A program made the translations under genes and the position numbers. From Alphaproteobacteria bacterium (GTDB taxonomy: Bacteria; Pseudomonadota; Alphaproteobacteria; UBA828), in the NCBI GenBank assembly GCA_965214705.1, contig CBDCCI010000002.1:2720001-2784000 (forward strand): a stretch of 64,000 bases of DNA, given 5' to 3'. Positions 50,527-59,679 of this stretch are shown piece by piece (position 1 is the first letter of the stretch; the number at the start of each line of letters is the position of its first letter). The notes under the pieces are model-generated. The model worked only from the letters and a program-made list of their open reading frames with translations. It did no database searches and had not been told where the DNA came from.

Positions 50527-51714
50527 ATGTTGAAACGAATGGTGGGCGCCGTCATGGCCGGCGCACTCGTCGCCGGCGGAGCGACCGCCGTGCAGGCGGA
50601 CGACCACGAGATCGTGGTCGGCTTCGCCGTCTCGACCAGCGGCTGGCAGGCGGCCTACACCGGCCCCGCGACGCTCGCGGCGCAGATCAGGCTCGAGGAG
50701 ATCAACGCCGCCGGCGGGCTGCTCGGCAAGCAGCTCGTGATCGCGCAGGCAGACTCGAAGTCCGAGCGTGAGGAAGGCGTCAAGGCGGGTCAGATCGTCA
50801 TCGACGATGGCGCCAGCGTGGTCTTCGTCGACTGCGACTTCGACATGGGCGCGCCCGCGGCCAACGTGGCGCAGAACGCGGGCCTGATCTCGTTCTTCCT
50901 CTGCGCCGGCGACGCCAAGGCCGGCATCGAGGGCATCGGCCCCTTCGCCTTCACCGGCGGTCAGGCGGCGCATCTCGACGGCGCCTCCATCGCCACTTAC
51001 GCCTACGATAATCGCGGCGCGCGCACGGCCTACCTGCTGCGTGACGACACCATCGAGTACAACAAGTCGGTCTGTGCCGGCTTCGAGTGGGCCTGGCCGC
51101 GCATGGAAGGCACCACGATGCTGGGCCTCGACGTGTTCCAGAACAACGACCCATCGATCCAGGGCCAAATCGACCGCATCAAAGCCCTCGACACGAAGCC
51201 TGACGTGATCGCCGTCTGCTCCTACGTGCCGGGCGCTGCGTCCGCCATCAAGCAGATGCGGGCATCTGGCATCGAGACGCTGATCGTCTCGGGCGTCGCG
51301 ATGGACGGCCACTACTGGCTCGACGCCGTGCCCAATCTCAGCAACTTCTGTGCGGCGGCGTTCAGCTCGCTGTACGGCGGTGCCGGCGAGGAGGTGGAGG
51401 CGTTCTTCAAGAAGCTGGAGGCCAAGGAAGGCGAGCCGACCGCCACCTCGCTCCCCATCGCGGGCTACGTGCTGATGGACCTCTGGGCCAAGGCGGTCGA
51501 GAGCGCCGGCACGGTGGATTCGGCGGCGGTCACGGCCGAGATGGAGAAGTTCACGGACGAGCCGACGCTGATGGGCCCGCGCAGCTTCTCCGACCAGCTC
51601 CACATCCAGGACAAGGCGCGGTACGCCATCATCTGCACCGATGACGGCAAGCCACGGATGGAGGGCTACGTGACGGCAGGCCCGATTCCGAAGGACGTCA
51701 TTCTCAAGAACTAG
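50527..51714 (+). CDS. Branched-chain amino acid-type ABC substrate-binding protein
   Basis: Signal peptide; EEINAAGGLLGKQL..D motif. Confidence 0.85.
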   Translation: MLKRMVGAVMAGALVAGGATAVQADDHEIVVGFAVSTSGWQAAYTGPATLAAQIRLEEINAAGGLLGKQLVIAQADSKSEREEGVKAGQIVIDDGASVVFVDCDFDMGAPAANVAQNAGLISFFLCAGDAKAGIEGIGPFAFTGGQAAHLDGASIATYAYDNRGARTAYLLRDDTIEYNKSVCAGFEWAWPRMEGTTMLGLDVFQNNDPSIQGQIDRIKALDTKPDVIAVCSYVPGAASAIKQMRASGIETLIVSGVAMDGHYWLDAVPNLSNFCAAAFSSLYGGAGEEVEAFFKKLEAKEGEPTATSLPIAGYVLMDLWAKAVESAGTVDSAAVTAEMEKFTDEPTLMGPRSFSDQLHIQDKARYAIICTDDGKPRMEGYVTAGPIPKDVILKN

Positions 51715-51722
51715 CACTCGAA

Positions 51723-51754
51723 GCGGGGTCCGCGGCCAGCGCTGTGGACCCCGC
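51723..51754 (+). terminator. GC-rich intergenic hairpin
   Basis: GCGGGGTCCGCGG..CTGTGGACCCCGC; no U-tract. Confidence 0.35.
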
Positions 51755-51801
51755 AATCCGCGCTGGATGGCGGCGCGCGTAAGGAAAAAAGGGAGACAGT
51801 T

Positions 51802-52275
51802 ATGGCGGCAAGCGACCTGGAACGCCGCGTCGAAACCCTCGAATCGGTCGAGGCGATCAAGCGGCTGAAGCACCAGTACTGCGCCTATTGCGATGACGGC
51901 TACGACGCCGATGGCATCGCCGGGCAGTTCGTCGAGGATGGAATCTGGGATGGCGGCGAGGATTTTGGCCGTCACGAGGGCCGCGATGCGATCCATGCGC
52001 ACTTCGCGCGGGTCTCCTCGCAGATCGTCTTCGCCGGCCACCTGGTGATGAACGAGATCATCGACGTGGACCTGGATAACGACAGCGCTCGCGGGCACTG
52101 GTGGATCATCATGCCGGCGACCATCATGATGGAGGGCGTGAAGACGGCGGTCTGGCTCCTCGGCGAATACGAGGACCACTACGTGCGCCGCGACGGCACC
52201 TGGCTGTACCAGACGCTGACCGTCGACATCCACTTCGTGAAGCCGCACAAGGACGGCTGGGTGGACGCAGAATGA
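51802..52275 (+). CDS. SnoaL/NTF2-like protein
   Basis: LESVEAIKRLKHQYCAYCD..H..NEIIDVD..A.G.W..YEDHYVRRDGTW. Confidence 0.85.
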   Translation: MAASDLERRVETLESVEAIKRLKHQYCAYCDDGYDADGIAGQFVEDGIWDGGEDFGRHEGRDAIHAHFARVSSQIVFAGHLVMNEIIDVDLDNDSARGHWWIIMPATIMMEGVKTAVWLLGEYEDHYVRRDGTWLYQTLTVDIHFVKPHKDGWVDAE

Positions 52276-52736
52276 GCGCGACTCTGGAAGAGCGCATCCA
52301 GCGGCTCGAGGACATCGAGGCCATTCGCCGCCTCAAGTACCGCTACATGTCCTACGCGGACGACGGCTACGACGCAGACGGCATCGTGACGCTGATGACG
52401 CCCGACGCGGTCTGGGACGGCGGCGAGGCCTTCGGCCGGCAGGAGAGCGCCGAGGCCTTCGGCAACATGGTGCGCGAGGTCGGCAAGCAGATCAGCTTCG
52501 CCGCCCATCTGGCGCTGAACGAGATCATCGACGTGGACGGCGACACCGCACGCGGCCAGTGGTGGCTGCTCATGCCGTGCACGGCGCTGAACGAGGACGG
52601 CAAGGACGAGGCGCGCTGGATTTTCGCGAGCTACGACGACCGGCTGGTGAAGCGCGACGGCCGGTGGCTCTTCGCCCACACGATCTTCGACGTGAAGACC
52701 TTCTGCGCCCACAAGGACGGCTGGGCGGAGGCGTAG
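52272..52736 (+). CDS. SnoaL/NTF2-like protein (paralog)
   Basis: LEDIEAIRRLKYRY..NEIIDVDGDTARGQW..YDDRLVKRDGRW. Confidence 0.85.
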   Translation: MSATLEERIQRLEDIEAIRRLKYRYMSYADDGYDADGIVTLMTPDAVWDGGEAFGRQESAEAFGNMVREVGKQISFAAHLALNEIIDVDGDTARGQWWLLMPCTALNEDGKDEARWIFASYDDRLVKRDGRWLFAHTIFDVKTFCAHKDGWAEA

Positions 52737-52767
52737 CGAGGCTCAGAAACGGGCGGGTTTCCTCTCC

Positions 52768-53061
52768 TCACGCCACGTCGCGCGGACGAATCGCGCGCAA
52801 GGCGTCGGAATTCGCCCGCTCGGCGATATCCAGCTCGTAGCGGTCCTGAAGGTTCATCCAGCTCCGGGCATCGGTGTTGAAGTACCGAGCCAGGCGCAGC
52901 GCGGTCTCGGCCGTGATGCCGCGGCGCCCGCGCACGATCTCGTTGATCCGCGCCGGCGTCACGCCGATCGCCTTAGCCAGCGCCGTGGCCGAGAGCCCGA
53001 ATGGCTCCATGAAGTCGTGCTTCAACACCTCGCCCGGGTGAACCGGCTCCAATCGGGTCAT
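52768..53061 (-). CDS. higA: HigA-family antitoxin
   Basis: PVHPGEVL..RINEIVRGRRGITAETALRLARYF..WMNLQ. Confidence 0.9.
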   Translation of the reverse strand: MTRLEPVHPGEVLKHDFMEPFGLSATALAKAIGVTPARINEIVRGRRGITAETALRLARYFNTDARSWMNLQDRYELDIAERANSDALRAIRPRDVA

Positions 53062-53089
53062 GATCGCCGCCTCCGCTCCCAATCGCGGC

Positions 53090-53383
53090 TCAGGCGTCGG
53101 TCACGTCGAAGTGCCGGATGCTCGGGGGCTCGGCGAGGGCCTGCTTGAGCCGGTCGCTGACGCCCCTCTCCCGCTGCCAGGCCAGATACTTCTCGTATTG
53201 CTCGTGGGTGTCCCAATCTTCCACCAGGAGCACATTGTCGGCGTCGTCGCTGTTCTGCAGCGTTTCGACGCGCGTACAGCCCTCATAAGCGCGCGTCTCC
53301 GGAAGGATCGACCTGAAGAACGCAACCACCTCGTCCCCGGTGCCCGGCTTCGCCTTGACTTCGAGAATCACCCTCACGGCCAT
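53090..53383 (-). CDS. Antibiotic biosynthesis monooxygenase family protein
   Basis: AKPG..TRAYEGC..LVEDWDT..YLAWQRE. Confidence 0.85.
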   Translation of the reverse strand: MAVRVILEVKAKPGTGDEVVAFFRSILPETRAYEGCTRVETLQNSDDADNVLLVEDWDTHEQYEKYLAWQRERGVSDRLKQALAEPPSIRHFDVTDA

Positions 53384-53471
53384 TTCAAGCTCTCCCGTTT
53401 GCGTCCGTAACGCTAACAGCATCGCCGGTCCGTTACACCCGGCCATTCAGGAGTCGATCATGTCCCTGCCG

Positions 53472-55673
53472 TCAGGAGGGATCGTCTCCCGGCTCGGCCT
53501 GGAAATTGCCGGTGAGCAGGTAGCGGTAGAGCCTGAACGCGAGATGTTCCCGGTGCGATTCCAGCCAGCGCCGGGTGTCGGGCGTGAGCGCCAGAGACTG
53601 GCAGGGCTGGTCTGCGACCACGCTGCTGGCGTTCGCGTCGAGCGCCCCCGCTGGCCAGATCGCGTCGCCGGGGCCGAGCTGGTAGAGCCGCGCACCGGCG
53701 TCGTCGTATGCAGAGGCCCGGCCGGATAGCAGCAGCTGCAGGCCCTGGTCCGGCGCGTCCTGCCCGGCGAGGGGTTGGCCCGCGGCATAGTCGCGAGGAT
53801 GCAGCCACTCTCCAAGGTCCGCGATCAGGTCCTCGAACTGAATCTGCCGGTCCAGGTGGCGCTCCAGGTCTTCGCCGGCGTGCTCCAGTAATTCCGCGCG
53901 CCGCTCTCCTGCCGCGCCGACGTCCCCTCTCCAGGCCGCGATGACGATGTCCTCGCAGCGCTCGAGCGCGCGGTCCGCATTCGGCTCCACCAGCAATTCG
54001 GCGAACGCGGCCGGCGGCAGGGTCCGCTCCAGCCCCATGCGCAGCGGCTCGGAGACCCCGCACAGGACCACCCGAACCCCGGCCGCGCCGGCCCGTTGCA
54101 GGAACCGGCCGAGGACGCTGACCGCAGAGAAGTCGAAGCCGGAGACGCGGGCGAAGTCCAGCATCAGACAGGCCGGCGGCACGGGACCGCTCAGGACTTG
54201 CCGGAGCTGATCGGCCAGGGGCACGACACTGCCGAAGAAGATATAGCCGCGCAGACGATACGCCTGCACCCGGTCCCCCTCCGCCAGCAGGATGGCGCGA
54301 TCGGGGACGGGCCGGGCCTTGTTGCTCTGGTGCTCGCGCAGGGTGAACCGGGCCTCGACGGAGTCCACCCGGCCGAGGCGAACGGCGAAGAGCACGAGCG
54401 TCGCCGCGATGCCTGCGCCCACGCCCTCAAGCAGCCCGAGCGCGATGATGATCGCGAAGATCAGCAGGATGATGGCGTACTCTTGTCGGGGCAGCCGCTT
54501 CCAGCTTTTCACCATCCCCTCGTCCAGCATGCCGGCTCCGGCAAAGACCAGCATGCCGCCGACGAGCGGTGCCGGGACCAGCTCCAGCATCCCGTCGCCG
54601 AGCAGGAGTGCTATTCCGATGACAAGGGCGGCGATGACGCCGGTGAGCCGCGTCGTTGCGCCGAACAGCTTGCTGCGCAGCGAGGCGGGAACGACCAGGG
54701 TCGACACCGTGCCGCCCCCCAGGCCGGAGACCACGGTTGCGAAGCCCTTGGCCCTGAACTCCCGGTCCCAGTCGAGCTCGCTGTTCACCGCAAGCTCCAG
54801 GCCCGCGATGTTCATGACGACGCAGATGAGGGCGACCAGGATCAGCGTCAGCATGTCGGGGACTTGCCCAGCCATCGCCGACCAGTCCACATGCGCGAAG
54901 TCGGCTGGCGCCCAAACCGGCCAAAGGCTTTCCTCTACCGTGCTCGTGAACAGCAGGCCGGCCGCTCTCGCCTCCTCGCCGCTTATGTCGAGGGCGTAGA
55001 GAGCGAGATGGCATGCGCCGACGAAGAGCACGACGCTGACCGGCAGGATCAACGGATGGCGCCAGCGCCTCATCGACAAGTAGAGGGCGAGCCCGTAGGC
55101 CGCACCCGGCGCCCACTTCCACAGCACGTCGGGATCGAAGAACCCCGGAACCGCCGACCAGTGCGGTTCGACCCCCATCATGGAGAGCGCCGCGATGCAA
55201 ACGGCGCCGCCGATTCCGGCGACAAACCCTCCCGCGACCGGGTAGGGAATGAAGCGCACCACGTTGGCGAGACGAAATTGGCCGATGATGAGGCAGAACA
55301 CGCCGGTGGCGACGGCGGCGATAATCAGCGCGACCGCGGTGGTGACGAACAGCGCGTGACCCTCGGCCGCCATGGTGGAGCCGATGAGCGCCATCCCGAT
55401 CACGAGTGCTGGCGAAAGTCCCGCAATCGCACCGCGATAGCCGCTTGCGAGCGCGATGAGCAGACAGGCGGCGAAGTTCCCGAACAGGACAAGGCCGACT
55501 CCCTGCGACGTATAGGGAGCCAACGGTCCCGAGAAGATGAAGGCGCCGAAGGCGACCTGGGCGGCAAGCAGCCCCAAGCCCGAGGTAAAGCCCGCCGACA
55601 GCGCCGGTGTGGCCTTCCCGGACACGATGTCCGCACGAAGCTCGGACGCGAATTGCCGGAGTGCTGACGTCAC
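53472..55673 (-). CDS. SulP-family anion transporter with STAS and cNMP-binding-like domains
   Basis: RFIPYPVAGGF, multiple TM helices, LRGYIFFGS..LDFARVSGFDFSA, C-terminal LGPG..SVVADQPC. Confidence 0.88.
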   Translation of the reverse strand: MTSALRQFASELRADIVSGKATPALSAGFTSGLGLLAAQVAFGAFIFSGPLAPYTSQGVGLVLFGNFAACLLIALASGYRGAIAGLSPALVIGMALIGSTMAAEGHALFVTTAVALIIAAVATGVFCLIIGQFRLANVVRFIPYPVAGGFVAGIGGAVCIAALSMMGVEPHWSAVPGFFDPDVLWKWAPGAAYGLALYLSMRRWRHPLILPVSVVLFVGACHLALYALDISGEEARAAGLLFTSTVEESLWPVWAPADFAHVDWSAMAGQVPDMLTLILVALICVVMNIAGLELAVNSELDWDREFRAKGFATVVSGLGGGTVSTLVVPASLRSKLFGATTRLTGVIAALVIGIALLLGDGMLELVPAPLVGGMLVFAGAGMLDEGMVKSWKRLPRQEYAIILLIFAIIIALGLLEGVGAGIAATLVLFAVRLGRVDSVEARFTLREHQSNKARPVPDRAILLAEGDRVQAYRLRGYIFFGSVVPLADQLRQVLSGPVPPACLMLDFARVSGFDFSAVSVLGRFLQRAGAAGVRVVLCGVSEPLRMGLERTLPPAAFAELLVEPNADRALERCEDIVIAAWRGDVGAAGERRAELLEHAGEDLERHLDRQIQFEDLIADLGEWLHPRDYAAGQPLAGQDAPDQGLQLLLSGRASAYDDAGARLYQLGPGDAIWPAGALDANASSVVADQPCQSLALTPDTRRWLESHREHLAFRLYRYLLTGNFQAEPGDDPS

Positions 55674-55786
55674 ACGGATGACCTATAGCGAATTCAAAAG
55701 GCCGAGGTGGCCGAAGCGGCTACGGGTAGTGTACGCAATCGAGGGCTTCTCGCCGACGTTCTCAATACGGTTGCGGCCAGTATCGC

Positions 55787-55801
55787 GGGGGGGGGGGGGG
55801 G
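55787..55801. repeat. G15 homopolymer
   Basis: Fifteen consecutive G upstream of the sulP start. Confidence 0.9.
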
Positions 55802-55816
55802 CGTGACTCAATCATT

Positions 55817-55903
55817 TCCCTCAATCGCCGGGCGCTCACTCCGTTCGCTTGGCTCCGCGCTACGCGCGCGGCGCAGTCGCGCCGTCCGGGCCTGCGGTCC
55901 GGT
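55817..55903 (+). repeat. 87-bp dispersed intergenic repeat, copy 2
   Basis: Near-identical to 45538-45624. Confidence 0.85.
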
Positions 55904-56120
55904 TCGCGTCAATATCAAATTCCTCGTTTGTTGCCGGCAAGTATCCCCGGACCATGGTGCGGTGCACGCGGTGTCGTTCCCGCGTCAGGATCGCGCCATG
56001 CAGTGCGAATACCAGCAGGCCACAGCAAGCAAGATAGACGGCGATCAGGACCTTGCCGTCGCGCCCGCGACTCTTTGTGCCGCGCGGACGACGCCTCGCG
56101 CGCCCGTGCCTCCGATCACG

Positions 56121-56194
56121 CCACCTTGGACCACCTTGGACCACCTTGGGCCACCTTGGGCCGCCCGCCCTGAGCCACCTTGGACCACCTTGGG
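56121..56194. repeat. 10-mer CCACCTTGGR tandem, 4+2 copies
   Basis: Four copies at 56121-56160 and two at 56175-56194. Confidence 0.9.
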
Positions 56195-56231
56195 CCGGAA
56201 TAGACCGCCAAATCCCGCATCAAAATTAATG

Positions 56232-56632
56232 GGGCTTATCCGTGACACTCCGCCAGAAGGAGCGTATGTTCTCAATATGTTCTGGATGCGGAGGTCTCGG
56301 ATGTGGCCTTCAAGGTGGCATCGCGCGTGCGCAGGTTGAGCGACGAGACGTTTCGCAAGGCCTTCGGCTCGGAGGAGCAGAGCCGCGCGGCGCTGATTCG
56401 GCGGACGCAAGGAGGCTGGATCGAGCGCTACAACACCACGCCGGTGCTCACCGAGACCTTCGTCGAGACCCCGCGCTACACTGGCGCGGTCTATCGGGCC
56501 TCGGGCTGGACTTACGTCGGGACCACCCAGGGACGAGGGCGCTACGACCGCGACAAACTCTACGACAGGCCCCGAAAGGACGTCTGGCTACGGCCTCTCA
56601 AAAGAGAGTGGAAACGCACCCTCAACCGCTAG
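56232..56632 (+). pseudogene. IS1595-family left end and N-terminus fused to a DUF4338 C-terminal fragment
   Basis: 56232-56400 is paralogous to 58091-58260; then RYNTTPVLTETFVE..GAVYRASGW..GTTQGRGR. Confidence 0.7.
56268..56282 (+). promoter_or_regulatory. Alphaproteobacterial-type LexA box
   Basis: GTTC-TCAATAT-GTTC just upstream of the transposase RBS. Confidence 0.65.
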
Positions 56633-56826
56633 AATCCGCCGGATCGGACGGCTCAGCACGGCTTGCCGGAATCCTTACCTCTGTGCGGCCGGGTATGAGA
56701 AGGGTCGTTGACGCGCCGCCGCTCCAGCCGCCTCCGGTCATAGAATGTTGGTTGGATTCCACCGATTGGACGCTCGCTTCCAGTCGCGCCTCAACGATGA
56801 ACCCGGCGTCCGATGAATGCATCCGG

Positions 56827-58005
56827 CTATGGAGCGATCACCTTGGGAGCGATGAAATACCCTACGAACTCGCCTCGACTCCCATCCGGATGACTGAATT
56901 GCGCACCGGTCGTTCCGGCAACGAGACGAGGATCGCCAGACCCGTCAAAAGCGGGAAGCCCCGAAAACCTGCCGCCCCAGTATCCCTGGACGCTGGAAAC
57001 GGGTACGCTGAATGGAACGGCACGCCCGCCTATGACGATTTCTACATTGTCGCCCGTGAAAGTGCCGTCCGAATTGATGGGAGTGGTTTCAAACTTGATC
57101 GAGGCCAGGCTCAGAGAGGTATAGATTTCGCTTCTGTTGCCGTCCGCATCCACCAGGACTTCCGTCGTCTCAAGGTTTTCGTCGCAACCGATGCAGCCCC
57201 TTACGGTGCTGGCCGAAAAATCGGCGGAGAGCGTCATCACGCCCGAGTACTCGCCTGTCGCCTTGTCTCCGTCATCGAGACGAGGATCCAACGGTTTCCA
57301 CATCGGACCGTAGATGAACGTATACAGCCCCGCCGCATGACCTCTGTAGGTCGCCGTTCCAGCTTCCGGCATGTCCGGAGCGTTGGAAAACTCGGGGCCA
57401 TGGACAAATACGCCAAAGTTGGCGTTCTCAATCGAATCCGCGGCAAGATCGCCGTCCAGATGCATCCAGTAGCCACCGGCCAGATAATCGCTCGGATCGT
57501 CCCTGTGCCAGCTGACCGAAACGGAAGCAGACGAGGTACCGTCTTCCCGAGTGTCGAACAGCGCCCAACGGCTATGATAATGACGGCGAACCGGAGAAGG
57601 CGGAAGCGCGCGCTTTTCCACCATGCTGGACACCGAATGGGCATCCGAGTCCAGGACCAGTTTGCTGCCATCCCCGGAAGAGGTTTCCAACGTCACATCG
57701 GCATTGCCGCGGTTAATGCCATCATCCAGGTCCGGCGGAAAAAGGCGATCGAAGATTATCGAAACAGCGCCGATGGCGGTGCCGGTCGAGTCGGTATCCG
57801 ACGATTGCAGGACACCCTCGTCCGTGAAGCGTGGAATGCTGTTCGCGGCTCGTGATGCAGCAACTGCCAATTCATCGGGGGACGAACTCCAGGCATCGGT
57901 GAGTGTGGGGTGAGAGACAGTGCTTCGCTCCCCCCGGCCGCAGGCTGCGAGCATCAGCAGTGCGCCGACCATAACCATAACCGTCGACAGTAAACGCTTC
58001 GACAT
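56827..58005 (-). CDS. TbpB-like surface lipoprotein (392 aa)
   Basis: MSKRLL..LAAC lipobox; DYLAGGYW, GTATYRGHAAGLY, GYWGGRFS..LVAGTTG..FVGYF. Confidence 0.8.
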   Translation of the reverse strand: MSKRLLSTVMVMVGALLMLAACGRGERSTVSHPTLTDAWSSSPDELAVAASRAANSIPRFTDEGVLQSSDTDSTGTAIGAVSIIFDRLFPPDLDDGINRGNADVTLETSSGDGSKLVLDSDAHSVSSMVEKRALPPSPVRRHYHSRWALFDTREDGTSSASVSVSWHRDDPSDYLAGGYWMHLDGDLAADSIENANFGVFVHGPEFSNAPDMPEAGTATYRGHAAGLYTFIYGPMWKPLDPRLDDGDKATGEYSGVMTLSADFSASTVRGCIGCDENLETTEVLVDADGNRSEIYTSLSLASIKFETTPINSDGTFTGDNVEIVIGGRAVPFSVPVSSVQGYWGGRFSGLPAFDGSGDPRLVAGTTGAQFSHPDGSRGEFVGYFIAPKVIAP

Positions 58006-58089
58006 AGGAATCGCCTCCCGAAAACGTAAAGCTAGGCGAGTCGGGCAAGCTTGCGCGCGCTCCATTTGGGGGAGATCGGCAAATAAATT

Positions 58090-58817
58090 CCTGCTTATCC
58101 GTGACTCTCCGCATGGGAATGCGGCATGTTCTCTATATGTTCCATATGGGAGGTCACGGATATGGCATTCAAAGTGGTATCGCGCGCGCGGGTTGAGCGA
58201 CGAGGCGTTTCGCCGGGCCTTCGGCACGGAGGAGCAGTGTTGCGCGGCGCTGGTCCGGTTGCGCTTGCCGGACGGCTTCGTCTGCCCCTCCTGCGGCCAT
58301 CGCGAGCATTGCCTGCTGGCGGGCCGGGGGCTCTACCAGTGCAACCGCTGCAAGAGGCAGATCTCGCCCACGGCGGGCACGATCTTCCATGCGACCAAGC
58401 TGCCGCTGAGGCTCTGGTTCGCGGCCATCCACCTGATCGTGACGGCGAAGAACGGCGTCTCGTCGGTGGAACTCGGTCGCCGCCTCGGGGTTAGGCAGCC
58501 GACGGCCTGGGCCATGAAGCACAAGATCATGGCAGTAATGGCCCGGCGCGAAGGCGAGATGCGGCTCTCGGGCCGGGTGGAGATGGACGACGCCTATCTC
58601 GGCGGCAGGCGTTCCGGCGGCAAGCGGGGCCGGGGTGCGGCGGGCAAGACGCCCTTCGTGGCGGCGGTCTCGACCGGCCCCGAGGGGCGCCCGCGCAAGC
58701 TGGAGCTGGCGCTACCAGCTCCAGACCATGATCCCCCGCTTCGTCCAAAGCGCCGCTCGAACCAGCCCCATGCCTTACCAAGCCCTCGTCGCTGGACGAG
58801 AATCAGGGATAAGCAGG
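58090..58817 (+). mobile_element. Internally deleted IS1595-family element
   Basis: IRs CCTGCTTATCCGTGA / TCAGGGATAAGCAGG; Zn-ribbon CPSC..YQCNRC, GTIFHATKLPL, VEMDDAYLGG; frameshift near 58190 and deletion near 58705. Confidence 0.85.
58128..58142 (+). promoter_or_regulatory. Alphaproteobacterial-type LexA box
   Basis: GTTC-TCTATAT-GTTC upstream of GGAGG and ATG 58162. Confidence 0.65.
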
Positions 58818-58880
58818 AATTAATATTCACGTACGTCTCAAGGAACGCGGCGCTGGCCGCGACCAGGGTAACAATCGGGG

Positions 58881-59513
58881 CTAACTCAGCGGGATCATCA
58901 CGTGGGTGCGGAAGTGCGCGCGCTCCTGCAGCCGCTCGTTCCAGGCCGCGATGTTGGGGAGCGCCGGGCGTTCGATATCCAGCGCGTGGTAGCGATAGCA
59001 GGTCGCACCGACCGCGATGTCGCCCATGGTGAGCGTGTTCGCCGCGACGAAGCTGCGCCCCTCCATATGGGCATCGAGGATGCGCCAGGTCTCGCCCATG
59101 GCCCGAGCACAGCGCTCGATCCGTGCCATGTCGCGCTTCTCGGCCGGCGTGCGGATGAGGCCGATGAAGACCGGCGCGAGGTCCGGCAGGAGCGTCGTCT
59201 GCATCCAGTCGAGCCAGCGGTCGGCAAGCGCCCGGGCCGACGGGTCCTCGGGCCAGAGGTGGCCTGCGCCGTAGCGCGCGGCGAGGTAGCGCACGCAGCT
59301 ATGCGATTCCCAGATGGTGGTGCCGTCCTCGTCCACGATGGTCGGGATGCGCCGGTTGGGATTGAGCGTGCCGTAGTCGTCCGTATCGAGCCCGCCGAAG
59401 GGACCGCCCACGTCCTTCCGCTCGTGGGCCAGGCCCAGCTCGGCCACGGTCCACATCACCTTCTGCACGTTGATCGAGTTCTTGCGGCCCCACACCACCA
59501 GCATCTTGCGCAA
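58881..59513 (-). CDS. Glutathione S-transferase (GstB-like)
   Basis: WGRKNSINVQKVMW..NPNRRIPTI..WESHSCVRYL..DRWLDW. Confidence 0.9.
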   Translation of the reverse strand: MRKMLVVWGRKNSINVQKVMWTVAELGLAHERKDVGGPFGGLDTDDYGTLNPNRRIPTIVDEDGTTIWESHSCVRYLAARYGAGHLWPEDPSARALADRWLDWMQTTLLPDLAPVFIGLIRTPAEKRDMARIERCARAMGETWRILDAHMEGRSFVAANTLTMGDIAVGATCYRYHALDIERPALPNIAAWNERLQERAHFRTHVMIPLS

Positions 59514-59679
59514 CCTCCCCAGCCCCTTGTCCCGCGAGGCCGGCAGTATGCCGGATGGCGGCGGACCGGGCCACGGGCAGCGGCGAAATCCATCGCGCTT
59601 CCGCTAGCCGTCGCGTCCGCGCCGCGATAGGCTCTGGCCCACGGGCGCCGGGAGCCGTCCGGCGCGAGAGGAGGGTGCG

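Noticed and set aside
56242-57855. 537-aa plus-strand ORF
   Set aside because: It overlaps IS remnants and is antisense to the lipoprotein, which has a clear lipobox and family motifs.
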